A stretch of 58,261 nucleotides of DNA. Origin: Octopus bimaculoides (lineage: Eukaryota). Positions 1 through 15,300 of this stretch are shown in pieces. Under the pieces are notes generated by a model. That model was not told the origin of the DNA, ran no database searches, and worked only from the letters and a program-made list of their open reading frames with translations. The stretch spans positions 4,264,226 through 4,322,486 of the forward strand of contig NC_068981.1 of the NCBI RefSeq assembly GCF_001194135.2, written 5' to 3'. Made by a program: the position numbers and the translations under genes. Position 1 is the stretch's first letter; the number at the start of each line of letters is the position of its first letter.

Positions 1-992
1 GGGGGTCATGCCATTTTTGGTCAAAAACTGTCTCACACTCAAGGTGGGGTGCGAAGGTGCATTGCCATTATGAAACCACCACTCTCCATTTTGCTACTGG
101 TCAGGGCATTTTCATCTCACCGCGTCTCGCAAATGCTTCAGAAGTGCCAAATAAAATGTCTGGTTAGCAGTTTGACCAGGAGGAAAAAATTCTGAGTGGA
201 CAATTCCTTTCACATCAATGAAACAAATTATCATCATCTTGATATTGGACTTCACTTGACATGCTTTTTTGGGGGGATGTGGTGACATTCAATTCTTCCA
301 TTCACTTGATTGCTGCTTCGTTTCTGGGTTCTAGCTGTAACACCAGCTTTTGTCATCAGTGATGGCCTTTGAAAAATGGTCTGGATCAACTTTCAGCTGT
401 TCACAGCATGCATTCAGTTATGGCTGCTTTTGATCTTCTGTGAGCTGTAACTCTTTTCATTCGCAGTTCCTCAGTCAAAATTCGTTGGCAGGAGCTCCTG
501 TACACATCACTCTTATCAACAAGTTCATCAATTGTTCAGCGACAGTCCTCCAAGATCAGTTAATGAATTTTGAATTTTCGTGTTGTTTTCATTCGTTTGG
601 GAGGTCGCCAGTTGCCCTGAACAAGGTTGGTCTTCAAGTGACAAGTGACCATTCCTAGAGTATGAAAACCACTCATGAACTTGTGTTTTACTTATGGCAA
701 TGGCCTTGTAAGCTGTTTGAAGCATAACAACTGTTTTGGCTATTGTTTTCCCCAGCAGAAAACAAAATTCCATGGACGGATGCTGTCCCTTCATTTTAGC
801 CATCGCAAAAATCGATGAACAAGGAAGAAACACTGCAAAACAAAGATGCACCAAGTGGCAGTAAGACTAAAAACGACACCGCCAGTTGATAGACTGATGC
901 CTGAGGGTCACATCAAGTGGCTATTAGCAGCAGAAGCCTGAACTTCAATGGGCTTGTCCCACAGAGAACGTTTCTGGTTACTTTGGGTACCT

Positions 993-997
<5 letters not shown>
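1..997 (-). mobile_element. Degenerate mariner (Tc1/mariner) transposon, 5' part; runs off the window start
   Basis: Minus-strand translations FCFLLGKTIAKTVVMLQTAYK...QVHEWF...LSLEDQPCSG and WWFHNGNAPSHPTLSVRQFLTKNGMTP. TIR-like end gagaaggtacccaaagtaacc abuts a (TA)n run. Confidence 0.85.
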
Positions 998-1024
<27 letters not shown>

Positions 1025-1425
1025 NNNNNNNNNNNNNNNNNNNNNNNNNNNNNNNNNNNNNNNNNNNNNNNNNNNNNNNNNNNNNNNNNNNNNNNNNNNN
1101 NNNNNNNNNNNNNNNNNNNNNNNNTCTTGCTCGAATGTCTTTTCACGTGCCACTGGCACAAGTGCCAGGAAAGCAACATATACATACATGTGTGTGTGTG
1201 TTTGTTCCCCCACCATTGCTTGACAACTGATGTTGGTGTGTTTACGTCTCCAGTAACTTAGCGGTTTTGGCAGAAGAGACCGATAAAATAAGTCATAGGC
1301 TTACAAAGGAGAAGTTCTGGGGTCTTTCAATACAGAACCAAAATAATTATATATTTTTTAACATTTCATTTCATTTTTCTTTTGTTTTTTTTGTTTATTA
1401 ATTTTATTTGTGACATCATTAATAG

Positions 1426-1620
1426 ATAACAAACGGGCCACAAATTATTGTGTCTCTTCGCGCTCACATCACCATGCCAGATATGGAAGTTTCTCATGAT
1501 ATACTGGATTTTGAAAATGTGAAATGTGGTGAGTGTAAAATAATGAGCACCCAACTTCATAACCACCAATATGTTCAATGTGAATGGAGCTATCTTCCAT
1601 CTTCGGCCAGGAAACTTCTG
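1426..1620 (+). CDS. HYDIN: HYDIN exon (ITNGPQIIVSLRAHITMPDMEV...SARKLL), phase 0-0
   Basis: Acceptor attaatag|ata, donor ctg|gtaagc, 195 nt open. Contains VKCGEC and HNHQYVQCEW, matching the HYDIN ASH-domain pattern. Confidence 0.9.
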
Positions 1621-4600
1621 GTAAGCCCTCTTAAAAATATTTACAGCTGTAATATTGCTCATGTTTAACCTTTTTGTTACCATATTTCTGTTGAAATACA
1701 AAGGTTTTAATTTAGATCACTTTAACCCTTTTGTTACCATATTTCTGTTGAAATACACTTCATTTGTTTCAGTTAATTTTGAAAATAGCAAAGAATTTAC
1801 TAAAATAACTTTACCATTATTAAACCGGTGTTTGGAATCAATTTGAAATTTTGGTTGAAAGAATTTTAACTTAGATCACTTTAAAACAGGAAGTTTGTAT
1901 CACAGAACAAAGGGTTTTAGGTGGGTTGATATCAAAGTGGTTAGAATTATTTTTGGAGATGTAAATGTTTAGAAAGAGTAAATGTTTAGTAAAATGTTGC
2001 AGAAGTTACAAAAGTAATTTTTATGATTGTGAAAGAATATATTCTTTGGTATTTCTTAGAAATTTTCATTCAGTGAATTGTTCTTCTATTAGGCCAAAAA
2101 TGAAACACAAGACACAGCAAATAAAAAAGCTGCCTTGAGACCACGTAAGAACTTTGAAATAATTCCTCCCTCAGGAGTACTCCAGCCAGGACAAAGAGTA
2201 AATATTCAAGTAAAATTCATGCCAACTGAAGGGGTAATTTTTGTATTTATCTCTCTCTTTTTTTCTTGCGGTCTCCCCGCCCCCCACCAGTGTACACGAA
2301 TATTGACATTCCATTGCTTTGCTTGTCCCCAATGGTAATAAAATGTTTACATTTCTTGTTGATATTTTGACCAGTTGCTCTGTGTGTTTGAAGGCCTTTG
2401 GAACAAATAAGAAACTACCTATATTTGAGAAACTGCTATAGGTTGGTGACAGGAAGAGCATCCAGCTATAAAATCTTGCCTTAAAAAAGACCCCCCCCCA
2501 ACTCATGTTGACACTGAAAAACAGACATTAAATAAATGAGCAAATGAAGATGCTCTCTGAATACAAAAGAAATCCTCAAAGAAATACTTCACTTAATAGC
2601 TTATTGAGCCATCCTTAAAGAAGTATTTTGGTGCCGTACCAAAGGTGGAGGAGAGAGATTTTTTTTCCCCAAATCTTGTAAGCTCTACCTTGTTACTGAC
2701 TAATATTTTCTCTTGTCGTATCCAAGACTGAAAGATGATGTTATAACCATATTGTGAACAATAATCCGAATTTCAAATCTCTGATGGAAAACATCAGCAA
2801 ATTACTGTTGCAAAGAACCCATGCCATAGGGGAAAACAGACGTTAAAGGATGATGATGATGATGATGAGNNNNNNNNNNNNNNNNNNNNNNNNNNNNNNN
2901 NNNNNNNNNNNNNNNNNNNNNNNNNNNNNNNNNNNNNNNNNNNNNNNNNNNNNNNNNNNNNNNNNNNNNNNNNNNNNNNNNNNNNNNNNNNNNNNNNNNN
3001 NNNNNNNNNNNNNNNNNNNNNNNAGTTCTCTAATAAACTAATTGAATAATAGATAGTTTTCCTGCAAGATGGAATTTGATGAAGTGAGACTTAGAGTGGG
3101 TGACCCCCTATTTATATGTATTTTAATTACTCATGTAAGAAACAGTTTAATTAATGAACAGGACTCCAGAACAGATTATGTTTGGGTATAGAGACCCTGC
3201 TATGCATTTATTTTTTATCAGAATATACAGAAGACTTTTGAACTCATTTCTGGCCATCACAAACACTCATTTGTGATGTTGAGATAAGAAGAGATTGGGT
3301 TATCAATTTTGACTTTGTTTTTTGTGAAAATAGCATTTGAAAGGGAATATTTCAACATTCTCTGCTCCAGCAGACATCAGCATGCTTCATAAAATAATTT
3401 GTTTGCTGAATTCTATAAGCAAGAGCCACAATTCTTGTTTAGATTTATTGATCTGAGGGTAGCTTAGAATGAAAAGATATGGCCAGGTTCAAACACTGCT
3501 CTCTCTCAAAGGCCCCTTATATCAATGAATCAAGTGTGTTGTGAACTGGCATTGTCTGAAGTTGTTAGTTTCTAATATGTTGGAATATGCTGGAACATTA
3601 TAAATGAATATGCACTTCGGTTTTGTCTTGTTAGTTAGTGGTTGACTCTGTCAGCATTAGTGCCACATGAAAAGCACTGGTGTTGGTGCCATGTAAAAAG
3701 GACTGGTGCTGGTGCCACATAAAAAGTGCCCCATACACTCCGTCAAGTGGTTAGTGTTGGGAAGGGCATCCAGCTGTAGAGACCATGCCAAAATTGACAA
3801 TGGGGCTTGGGGTAGCTCCTGGCCTTACCAGCTCCTGGCCTTACCAGCTCCTGGCCTTACCAGCTCCTGTCAGACCATCCAACCCATGCCAGCAGGAAAA
3901 ATGGACGTTAAATGATGATGATGATGATGATGATTGTCATTGTTTTAACTCTCATTATTCTTTGTACAAATGACAATTTATTACAAATTTTATTTGTAAA
4001 ATTCAAAAACTCTTATGGACGNNNNNNNNNNNNNNNNNNNNNNNNNNNNNNNNNNNNNNNNNNNNNNNNNNNNNNNNNNNNNNNNNNNNNNNNNNNNNNN
4101 NNNNNNNNNNNNNNNNNNNNNNNNNNNNNNNNNNNNNNNNNNNNNNNNNNNNNNNNNNNNNNNNNNNNNNNNNNNNNNNNNNNNNNNNNNNNNNNNNNNN
4201 NNNNNNNNNNNNNNNNNNNNNNNNNNNNNNNNNNAAGAAAAGGTAATTCCAATATTTGAGATGAAGTAAAATGGGATTTATTGAAAGAGTTTTCATTGCT
4301 TATATCAGTGGTTCTCAACTAGGGTCCACATGGCCCTTGAGGGGTCCTTAAATGATTTTGTCATTAATATTTATTAGCAATAAATTCTTTATACTTGTTC
4401 AACACACAAAATATTTTAACAATTTTTTTTATACAATTCCTAATAATACATTATTTACATTATTTACATTTGACGGATATTTGTCCTCATCGTGTTTGTT
4501 GTTAACACAGCGTTTCGGCTGATATACCCTCCAGCCTTCATCGGGTGTCTTGGGGAAATCTTGAACCTGGGTTCTCATTCCTAAGGTATTTTTCAATGTT

Positions 4601-7600
4601 ATTATTATTATTCAGGTCACTGAATATATGGTGGCTAGGTGGGGTGGGTGAGTCAGTGTAAAATGTGAATGAAACAAACAAAATTAATGAACGAAGAGTG
4701 GATAATGATGTCTCAGAACCAACATTATTTTTAAAATCATTATGTTTACCTTATTATGACTTAAAATGAAAATATTGATTTAAAATTTTGGCACAAGGCC
4801 AGCAATATCAGGGGAGAGTGAGTAAATTGATTAGACCCCAGTGTCCAACTGGTACTTATTTTATCGACCCCGAAAGGATGAAAGCAAAGTCCTCCTTGGT
4901 GAAATTTGAACTCAATGTGAAGACGGATAAAATGCCATTAAGCCTTTTGTCAGGTGTTTTAATGATTCCGTTAGCTTAAAATATTAATCTTTTGTTAGGA
5001 AGAAATTGGTTTGGAATGAAATTTGTTTTCTCTCTTGCTGAGGATTTAATTTAAGAAACACCATTTCTAATTCTAACAGATTCTTCGTCTGATGCGAAGC
5101 TATGATGATTATAAAACCTTGCTTTTACCACCTCGTGCTGCTGGAGAGAAGTTACCCCAAGAACTGCTAGACTTTTATAGAGGTTTGTAGATTTTTACTT
5201 TCTTTTTATCATCTCTTATCTTAATTTACTTTGTTTATTGATTGAACTGTGACCATTCCTGGGGACAGAGATAGTCATCTTACTCTAGAAGAGTTACATG
5301 GCTACCCTAGTATCCCAGTAGCCAAATGATGTTGACTGATATGATAATTATGAAATAGATGTAGTGCAACCTTGCTTAAAGGAACTGCAGGAGAATTGAA
5401 GATAAAATTAAATAAAAATTTCTCCTTTGTATAACTCTGCAGCCCCCCCCCCAACGACTCTGTCATTTACTCCTTGTCCTTCTCTGTCTCCTAGTTTTTT
5501 GTTTCTCACTGTGTGTATAGTGTTCTTTTACTCATTGCCTGCCACCATACCTAGTATGTGTATTCATACTGCACCTCTTAACTCACATACACCAACACAT
5601 GGATATACATTTATACATATACATCTGTATCATCATCATCATCATTTAGCATCCGTTGTCCATGCTGGTATGGGTTGCACGGTTTGACCAGGGCTGGCAA
5701 GCTGGAAGGCTGCACCAGGCTCCAATCTGATCTGGCAGTGTTTCTACAGCTGGACGTCCTTCCTAATGCCAACCACTCTGAAAGTGTAATGGGTGCATTT
5801 ACGTGCCAATTGGTATGAGACCGGTATCTGCCATGTCTGCAATTTTGCTCAGCTTGATGGGTCTTCTTCTCAAGCACAACATAATGCCAAAGATCTTGAT
5901 CATTGCTTCCGTGAGGCCCAACACTCAAAAGGAGCTCAGCCACTTGGCTTCCATGAGGCCTAATGCTTGAAAGGGGCTTTTTACGTGCCACCAGCATGGG
6001 TGCCAGTTATGTGACACCAGCATCAGCTACAACTGTGATTTCACTTGGCTTGACAAGTCTTCTCAAGCACAGCATATTGCCAACAGGTTTCTTTCAGTTT
6101 CCATCAGCCAAATCCACTCAGAAGACACTTGCCCAAGGTGCCACGCAGTGGGACTGAACCCAAAACCACATAGTTAGGTAGCAAACTTTTTACCACACAG
6201 CCACAGAGATTTTATTGGAACCTTTTTCTTGATTTTTAAAAATCTTCAAATTTTTTTTTCTTTTAGCACGGAAAAAAAGACTTGAAGAAATGGAGAAATC
6301 CCACAAAGAAGGAATGAGTGTGTTGAGCTCAGTTTCTGAGGACACACAAGAGCAAGAAGTCAAAGAAGGTAAGAACAGTCTTCCCTTTATTGTTTTTCCC
6401 GATAAAAAAATTTACATTTTCCAGTAAATTACACAAATTGGCAACACTTATGGCATCATGGGTGAGCAGCTTTCCATTCACTTTATACACTAAATTTCAC
6501 ATTTGTCATCTCTGTCAACTTGTTTAGAACAGTTAGATTTTGCTATAATGCACATTTTCCGCCGAAGTCAACCAGATTATTTTCATGACTTGGTGGACAC
6601 TAGTTTGATAGTTGAACTCTGATTGGCTGTATGCAAATGAGTTCATAACTGGGGTCCAGAATTTTCGTTGGAAAAAAAAAATCTCACTTAAAGGACTGGC
6701 TGTGGGTCCAGTGAGGGAGCCTTTATGTAGTTGTTTGACCTGCCAGAAATAAGAACCAAATTTCCTTCAAACTCCACCTTACTCTATTTAAAATGGAAGA
6801 ATATAATTCATAGCAAACTTGTTTTATGTTATAGAGGCAGAAACTGATGGTGTCGAGGCCAAAAAATATGATTCTTTAGAGAATTTAATAGAAGTGATTA
6901 TACCTCCTTTCAACAGTAAATGTACGTCACCTGAAAATATGGCTTTCGAAAGCGTGGATCCAGGTGAAAAGTTGAATGTTGAAGACATAGATGAAGGTGA
7001 GTTCTTTTTTTTTACTAATTAGTATTGTTTGCTAAATCTGCAGGTATTTGTAAGAGCTTCACAGAAAATTAGTCATATATTCTTCCTCACTTACAAACTG
7101 TCAGACTACAAAGCCTCTCCATGTTGTATTTTATTAATATCTACCTACATATCAGTCCCTTTATCTATCTGTCTGTCTATGTATCAATTTATCTATCTAT
7201 CTATTAATATCTATCTATCAATTAATCAATCAATCTGTCTGTCTGTCTGTCCATTCATCCATCCATCTAGTTATATAACTACACACACACACACACATCG
7301 ATTGGTCTATCTGTCTATCTAGCTATCAACCCATTTATCTGTCTATCCATCTACCTTCCTACCTACTTTTATACCTATTTCTATATCCACATGCCTTTTA
7401 TATATTCACATACATTTTATATATCCTTAAACTTTTAAAGCTTAAAAATTTTTTTAAACTTTTAAAACTTATAAAACATCGACATCCATGAACCTTTAAC
7501 CCTTTCGTTACTGTATTTATTTTGAGATGCTCTGTGTTTCTTTCAATTAATTTAAAAAATAACAAAGAATTTAGTAAAATAACTTAGTTATCATTCAGCT

Positions 7601-9334
7601 AGTGTTAGGAACATTAATTGTGACTAAGGTTTGGTGGAAGATATTAATTCAAAACTTATGAAAACAAGACATTTGTACTACAGAGCCAGAGGCAGTTTCA
7701 GCCAGGTTGGCATTGAAAGAGTTAAAGATCTTTTAAAAAAGCCTTTTGGATTCCCCAACCTATTACAGAAAATTAAACCCCTTTCTACTCTACTATCTTC
7801 GGTGTATTTTATATTATTTTCGTTTATTTTATTTTCTTTCACTTCTCCGCTTTATGGTATCTTATCCTGGTTTATTTTATTGTATTCTATTTCATTTCCT
7901 CTCATCTTCCTCCCTACCAACCCTTCTAATGATGCTACCCTGTTATCTTACTAAACTCTAACCATATTTCCTGAGTTACACCAAGATTTTCTATTTTATT
8001 GGGGCATTCGATAAATAATGCGGTTTTGTTGTACTTCTTTTATTTTTCAAAATTAAGAGAAACAAAGTTCTTTTTTAATCTGAAATATACTTTCCTTCAT
8101 TTTCAACAATGCTCTTCCATCTGTTTGGTAGACTTGCAAGGCCCCTCTTCTGAAATTCACTTGTCCATGACGAAAAATACTCCTCCAGTACTGTTCTGAC
8201 CTAGTCTACAGAATTCATATTCTTTCCAGCCAAATGATTTTAAAGAATGCAAAATAAATGGTAATCAGATGGAGCAATGTCCAACGAATATGGTGGGTGG
8301 GGCATCGTTTCACATTCAATCTGCTCCACCTTTGGGAATGCCATCCTTGTTGTATGTGGTCAAGCATTATCCTGATTGAAGAACATCTTTCATCTTGAAA
8401 CCAAAGATGGTTGTTTTGCTTCTAGTGCTGATGTGAATGACTGGTTGAATGACCAAATCCAAGCTTCTCTGCTAATTCCTCAATAGTTACAATAAGATTT
8501 TGTTTCACCAGGGTTTCCAGGACTTCCTTGTTGAGCATACAGATCTTCCAGGACGAGGCTTGTCTTCTAGGCTGTAGTTTCCGGCTCAGAATTTCTGGAA
8601 CAACCGTTGACACTGGCTTACACTTATTGTCTGATCCCCATATACTGCATTAATATTCCTTCGCACTTTCCGTTGTGTTGTTATCTTTATTGAACTCATA
8701 AAGCAAAATATGCCAAATATGCTCCTTTGTCACTTCTATTATATCTTTGAAAAAATAACTATTAAAATTGATCTGCACTCTTCAAAACCCGCACAAGGTA
8801 AAATTACTACCTGCTTTTAATAGTAAGTTGATGCAGGTAGTTTATTCCATCCTCCTCCAACTTTTAGTTCATGCAATTGGAAAACCCACATTACTTATGG
8901 GATGACCCAACATTCCATTATACTTTTTATCATCATCATCATCATCCTGCCAGATGTTCAAAACTGATAATGGACACGGGTAGCCCAAGACCATCCTGCT
9001 GTTACTTTGAACCTCGGCCTTAACCTAAAACTTCTCTTCTGTGTTTGATTTTTCAGTGAAAGCGAGAGATGCTGACAGTTCTGGCGTTGGGGAACTTGAA
9101 ATGACACCAGTTGCTGCTGCCATCACACGTTATCTTGGAATTGATCTGTCTCCTGATGGTCAAGCAGCACGAAACAGAAGGGGAATAGCCATCATCATAC
9201 ATGGGTCACCGTTTTCTGGTGAGTTCTGTAGTTAGGAAGTCCGAAATTATTCTTCAGTTTGAGCCTTTGGTTAAAATATTTCAGGAAGCAAAAACAATAC
9301 AGTTTTTAAATTATTTAGAATTTATCATGCAGCC

Positions 9335-9375
<41 letters not shown>

Positions 9376-12300
9376 TTAGTGTTCACTTTCCATTCTGGCA
9401 TGGGTTTGACGGTCTGACCGGAACTGGCAAGGCCAGGAACTGCACCAGATTTCATTATCTGCTTTGGCTTGGTTTCTATGATTGAATGCCCTTCCTAATG
9501 TCAACCGCTTTACTGAGTGTACTGGGTGCTTTTAATGTGTCACCAGCATTTTTACATGGCACCGGCACTTTTTATGTGGCACCTTAAATTCTGTTACTTG
9601 AAATTGTATTCTTTTTCATTCTTGATACAGTTTCTTACAAATTGACGTGTTTGTAAAATAATAATGACAATAATTATAACAATACCAAGCATTGGCTCTC
9701 ATCGCTTCTGATCTTAATTGATTGGAAGTGTTATCATGTACATTGTTTTGTCTTGGTATAAAAGATGGCCTACAGCAAATATTCTGCTTAATACCACAGA
9801 TTTGCTTCTCAGTTGTTTGACCTTAACCAGTTGAGCATGTCCCTTGGTGGCTGGCGATATGTGCATCTCTGATCACAAGCAGAAGTAGTGGGGAGCATCA
9901 TAGCCATGTGTTGAGAGGAGTTCTTTGGGGTTTGAATAATTCACCTTTGGAAATATGGGTGTTTTGCTCAACATCCTTCAACAAACCTTATTCAGGGACC
10001 TTTTGAGCGGGATGGGCTACTTTACCTGAAAAAAATTCTAACTAGGCCCCACCTGCAAGGTCATGCGCTGTTTATCTTGATATGAGATCACCATGTCGTG
10101 CACATATGGTTGTGATGCATGTGCCTGGTGTACCCTTATCAGACGGGTAGTCATGATGGGTATACTGGGTTTCGTATGTTTTACCCCAGTTTCACTTTGA
10201 TGGCATGCACTGCTCTCTCACTCAATAATAATAATAATAATAGATGTAAGTGTTCCTACTGATAAAAATATATCTGTAAAGAAATTTGACAGACTAAGTA
10301 AATATAAGGACCTGGAAATTGAAATATAAAAGATGTGGCATCTTTAAGCGAGAACTGTTCCTGTTATTGTGGGTGCCCTAGATATGATGAAAAAGGGATG
10401 TCAGAAACCTCTGGATAAGATCCCAGGAGAACCATGTCTTCACAACAGTAAAAGGGCTATCCCTGTACCTCTGTCATACTCTAATCTCACAGTTCCCTCA
10501 GCTGTGGGTGCTGGTACCATGTAAAACGCACTCATGCTGGTGCCACGTATAAAGCACCTGTGCTGCTGTCTTGTAGAAAGCACCCAGCACACTCTGTAAA
10601 AGTGGTTGGCATTAGGAAAGGCATCCAACCATAGAAACCATTCCAAAACAAACAGGAGTGGCTGTGTGGTAAGTAGCTTGCTTACCAACCACATGGTTCT
10701 GGGTTCAGTCCCACTGCGTGGGCAAGTGTCTTCCACTATAGCTTCGGGCCAACCAAAGCCTTGTGAGTAGATTTGGTAGACGGAAACTGAAAGAAGCCCA
10801 TCGTATATATGTATANNNNNNNNNNCAACCGATGCTGGTGTGTTTATGTCCCCGTAACTTAGTGGTTCGGCAAAAGAGACCGATAGAATAAGTACTAGGC
10901 TTACAAAGAATAAGTCCTGGGGTCGATTTCTTCGACTAAAGGCAGTGCTCCAGCATGGCCGCAGTCAAATGACTGAAACAAGTAAAAGAGTATAGCACCT
11001 GGTGTGATTCTGGGCCTTACCAGCTCATGTCAAAGCAGCCAAACATTGAATTTTGATGATGATGATGGAATCTGTAAACTAGGAGACAGGGAGACCCAGA
11101 TTAGAGAGGGCATGTCATTGATGAGATTGCAAATGGTGGCAAAGGGACTCAAATGAATCTAGCTGATTGATTAAGCAAACAATTAATCGAGCAATTGAAA
11201 AGTTAATTGGTTAAATGATTAACTAATTGGTTAATAATAAATAAAACAGAACCAGTGTATGTGTGTGTGGTTTTACTGGTATAGTTATACTCCCATAATA
11301 CAACAACTTTGTCATTTCTTTGTGGTGTCTTCTTTTTCTGTAGGAAAATCCACAACGGCTGCTGACATTGCACATTACTACGATGCAGCATTACTGAATA
11401 TTGATGACGTTGTCACAGATGCAATTTCAAAGGGTGCGACACCAGCAAGCTTAAAAGCCCGGGAACTCTGTGGAGAAGCTGCCCAGCGCAAGAGAGAAGA
11501 GCAAAGAGCACTAGAAGAGAGCGAGGAGAAAAAAGCTTCTTCTGGATTAGAAACCAACAATACATGTAAGTAGAATAGTAAAATAGCCACCCCTTCACTA
11601 CCCCTCCTCTTAACATGGTAGTCATCATCATCATCATCATCATCATTTAACGTCCGCTTTCCATGCTAGCATGGGTTGGACGATTTGACTGAGGACTGGC
11701 GAACCGGATGGCTGCATCAGACTCCAATCTGATCTGCCTGAGTTTCTACAGCTGGATGCCCTTCCTAACGCCAACCGCTCTGGGAGTGTAGTGGGTGCTT
11801 TTTATATGCCACCGGCACGAAGGCCAATCCGGCGGTACTGGCAATGGCCATGCTCAAATGGTGTTTTTTACGTGCCACCTGCACAGGAGTCAGTCCAATG
11901 TTTGTTCACATGCCACCAGCACAAGTGCCAGTAAGGCGAAGCTGGAAATGATCGCGCTCANNNNNNNNNNNNNNNNNNNNNNNNNNNNNNNNNNNNNNNN
12001 NNNNNNNNNNNNNNNNNNNNNNNNNNNNNNNNNNNNNNNNNNNNNNNNNNNNNNNNNNNNNNNNNNNNNNNNNNNNNNNNNNNNNNNNNGTGCTTTTTAC
12101 GTGCAACCGGCACGGAAGTGAGACCGCTGCTCTGGCAGTGATCCCGCTCAGATGGTGCTGTTAGCGCTCCACTGGCACGGGTGCCAGTCATCGAATTTGG
12201 TTCAGGTCTTCACAAGCTGAGTTTAGTGTCCAATGAAGGAAGGTTGGCATGGGTGCCAGTTGTCGAATTTGGTTCAATTTCGGTCATGGAATGAATGGCA

Positions 12301-15300
12301 AAGCTCTGATTACTTGAGATGTTACAGTTAGCCACTTCTCTAGGGGGTGGGGGGTTGCAGGGTGGATGAAAGATTTGATGCAGTTTCAGATTTTACCAGT
12401 TCTGCTTCTTTTTCTTTTAATATTTGTTGTTGTTTTACTCATTGCAATGCGAACTGGGCCACTGGGTCACTGGGCCAAAACTTTGAAGGGTTTCAGTTTT
12501 AGTTGCTTGGGCAAGTGTCTTCTGCTATAGCCTAGGACTGACCAAAGCTTTGGGAGAGGATTTGGTAAATGGAAACTGAATGAAGCCTGTTGTGTGTGTG
12601 TGTGTCTGTGTGTGTTCCTCGTCACTGCTTGGCAACCAGTGTTGGTATGTTCACAACCTCGTAACTTAGTGGTTCAGCAAAAGAGGCTGATACTAGACTT
12701 TAAAACATAAGTGCTGTGGTCAATTTGTTTGACTAAAATTCTTCGAGGTGGTGCCCCAGCATGACCACAATCTACCAACTCAAACAAATGAAAGCTAAAT
12801 GCTATGATTGGAAGAACAGGGTTATTATTGGGAGAGGGTGGTTGTAGGGAGAGTATCAGATAAGGAGGGAGGAGCAGAAGGGGAGAAGTGGAAGAGAGAG
12901 AGAGTGGGGTGATGTTAAGGGGGATGGTGTGGATTGAGAATGATTGTGTTAAATGAAGGGAAAAGAATTTTTTACTTTTTTTTCATCATTCAAAGATTTT
13001 AAATTTAAAAATATATTTTAAAGTTTTTTAATGACTTATTTTTCTATTTTGTGAATTGTTAAAAGTTTTGTTAAGTATAAAATCATGTAAAAAAAAAAAA
13101 ACAACAACCACCATAATTCTATAACTCTTATGATAACTGCTCACCCAAGGCTGTCCCTGGTTCCGTTTCTATAGATGTCATCTTCTAAAATGATCTGAAT
13201 TAAAACCTTCCACAAAAAAATTACGTTAGTTAATGTTCCAGACGTCATTCAGTGTCTGTTTCCCATGCTGGCATGGGTTGGATGGTTTGACAGGGAGCTG
13301 GCAAGCTGAAAAGCAACTCCCAGCTCCATTTGTTTGTTTTGGCATGGTTGCTACAGCTGGATGATCATGCTAACCGCTATACAGAGTGTGCTGGGTGCTT
13401 TTTACATGGCACCAGCATGATTGCTAGCTGTAACCTACACCAGTATCGCATAACCAGCCCACTTAAAAAGTACCTTGGATCGTAGGGCGACATGCCATGC
13501 TTGAGGAGACCTATTGAGTCAAGTACATCAATATCAAAATCAAATGGAATTTGTAGTTGTGACCCCGCACCGGTGGCACGTAAAAAGCGCCATCTGAACA
13601 AGGCCAATGCCAGTGCCACTTTGATTGGCTTCCGTGCCGATGGCACGTAAAAAGCACCATCTGATCGTGGTTGATGCTAGCTCCTCTTCCCTCTGTGCCA
13701 GTGGCACGTAAAAAGCACCCACTACACTCTCAGAGTGATTGGCGTTAGGAAGGGCATCCAGCTGTAGAAACTTTGCCAGATCAGATTGGAGCCTGGTGCA
13801 GCCTCCTGGCTTCCCAGACCCCAGTCGACCCGTCCAACCCATGCCTGCATGGAAAACGGACATTAAATGATGATGATGGGGATGATGTTGTGGTGCTAGA
13901 ACAAGTGCTATGTATGTGGTGCCAACACAAGTGGTTTTTATGTTGCACCAGCATGGGCTGTTAAGGACTTCCCTGTTTCTAGAGATCGTCATAGTTTTAC
14001 TTAGCTTGATGTGTCTTAAGCACAGGAAATCACTGTAAGCCTCAATCTCTCATCTCCTCAGTGAGGCCCAGTGACTGGAGATCCATTCTCACCACCTCAT
14101 CCCATGTCTTCTTGGGTCTACCCCTTCCATACGTTCCCTCCACAATTAATCAGCACTTTTATGCAGCTGTCCTCAACCATGCACATCATATGACCATACC
14201 AGCGCAGTCTTCTCTCTTGCACACAACATCTAATATCTCTCAAATCATTGACACTCTGTCATATGTGCACACTGACATTACCCCTCCAGCAGAGCATGCT
14301 GGCTTCATTTCCTTCAAGCTTTCTCACATCCTCTGTAGTCATGGCCCATGTTTCACTGCCATAGTGAAACATGGTGAAACATGGAATGTTTCACTATGCC
14401 ATGCAGCATAGTTGTATAGCTGTATGTATGCAATAAGTTATTTTACTAAATTCTTTGTTAATTTCCAAGATTAATTGAAACAAAGGCAGATCATTTCAAC
14501 AGAAATATGGTAACAAAAAGGTTAAAGAGATCTAAATTAAAACCGTCCATCAAAATTTCATATCAATCTGTTCCAAATACCAATTTGAGAATCACTGAGT
14601 TATTTTACTAAATTCTTTATGAACTTCAAAATTAATTGAAATATGGTAATAAAAAGGTTAATTATAATTTTTATTTCTTTTTGCTTCTGCTCTTTGTAGC
14701 TGGGGGTGCTTATCCCAGAAAGGTCAGTAACATGGGCAAAGGACTCGCAGGCATGAACGCGGTCGGCAACAGAGGTGCTGAAGCTTCTCAGATGGTTTGT
14801 ATATGGTTTTGTCTTTGACTTGTTTCTGTCATTGAACTGCGGCCATGTTAGGGGAGGGACACCACCTTGGAGGGGTCAGTCAAACCAAATTGCCCACAAG
14901 GGCTTTCAGAATAAGCCTCATGCCTATTCTGTGGGTTTCTTTTGTTGAAGTGTTTAATTATGGGGACATGAACCCACCGGCACCAGTTGTCAAGTGGTGA
15001 TGGGGGGGCGGGGGGGGCGGGGAGTGCACAAACAACAAAAACACACATGCACACATATACATACAAATATAATTGATGGGCTTCTCTCAGTTTCCATCTA
15101 ATCTATCAAATCCATTCACACAACTTTGGCTGGCCCAGGGCTATGATGGAAGTCATTGCCCAAGGTGTCACACAATAGGACTGAACCAAACCTTAATTAT
15201 ATGGTTACCATTGCCATATGAGGTAAAATTGATTACATTGACCTTAGTACTTATTTCATTGACCTTGAAAGGATGAAGACACAGTGGACATAGGCTGGAC

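Noticed and set aside
10652-10740. tRNA-like sequences (also 42233, 32225, 35003, 52781)
   Set aside because: A/B boxes are present but acceptor stems are degenerate and each continues into a repeat body. They are SINE-type heads, not tRNA genes.
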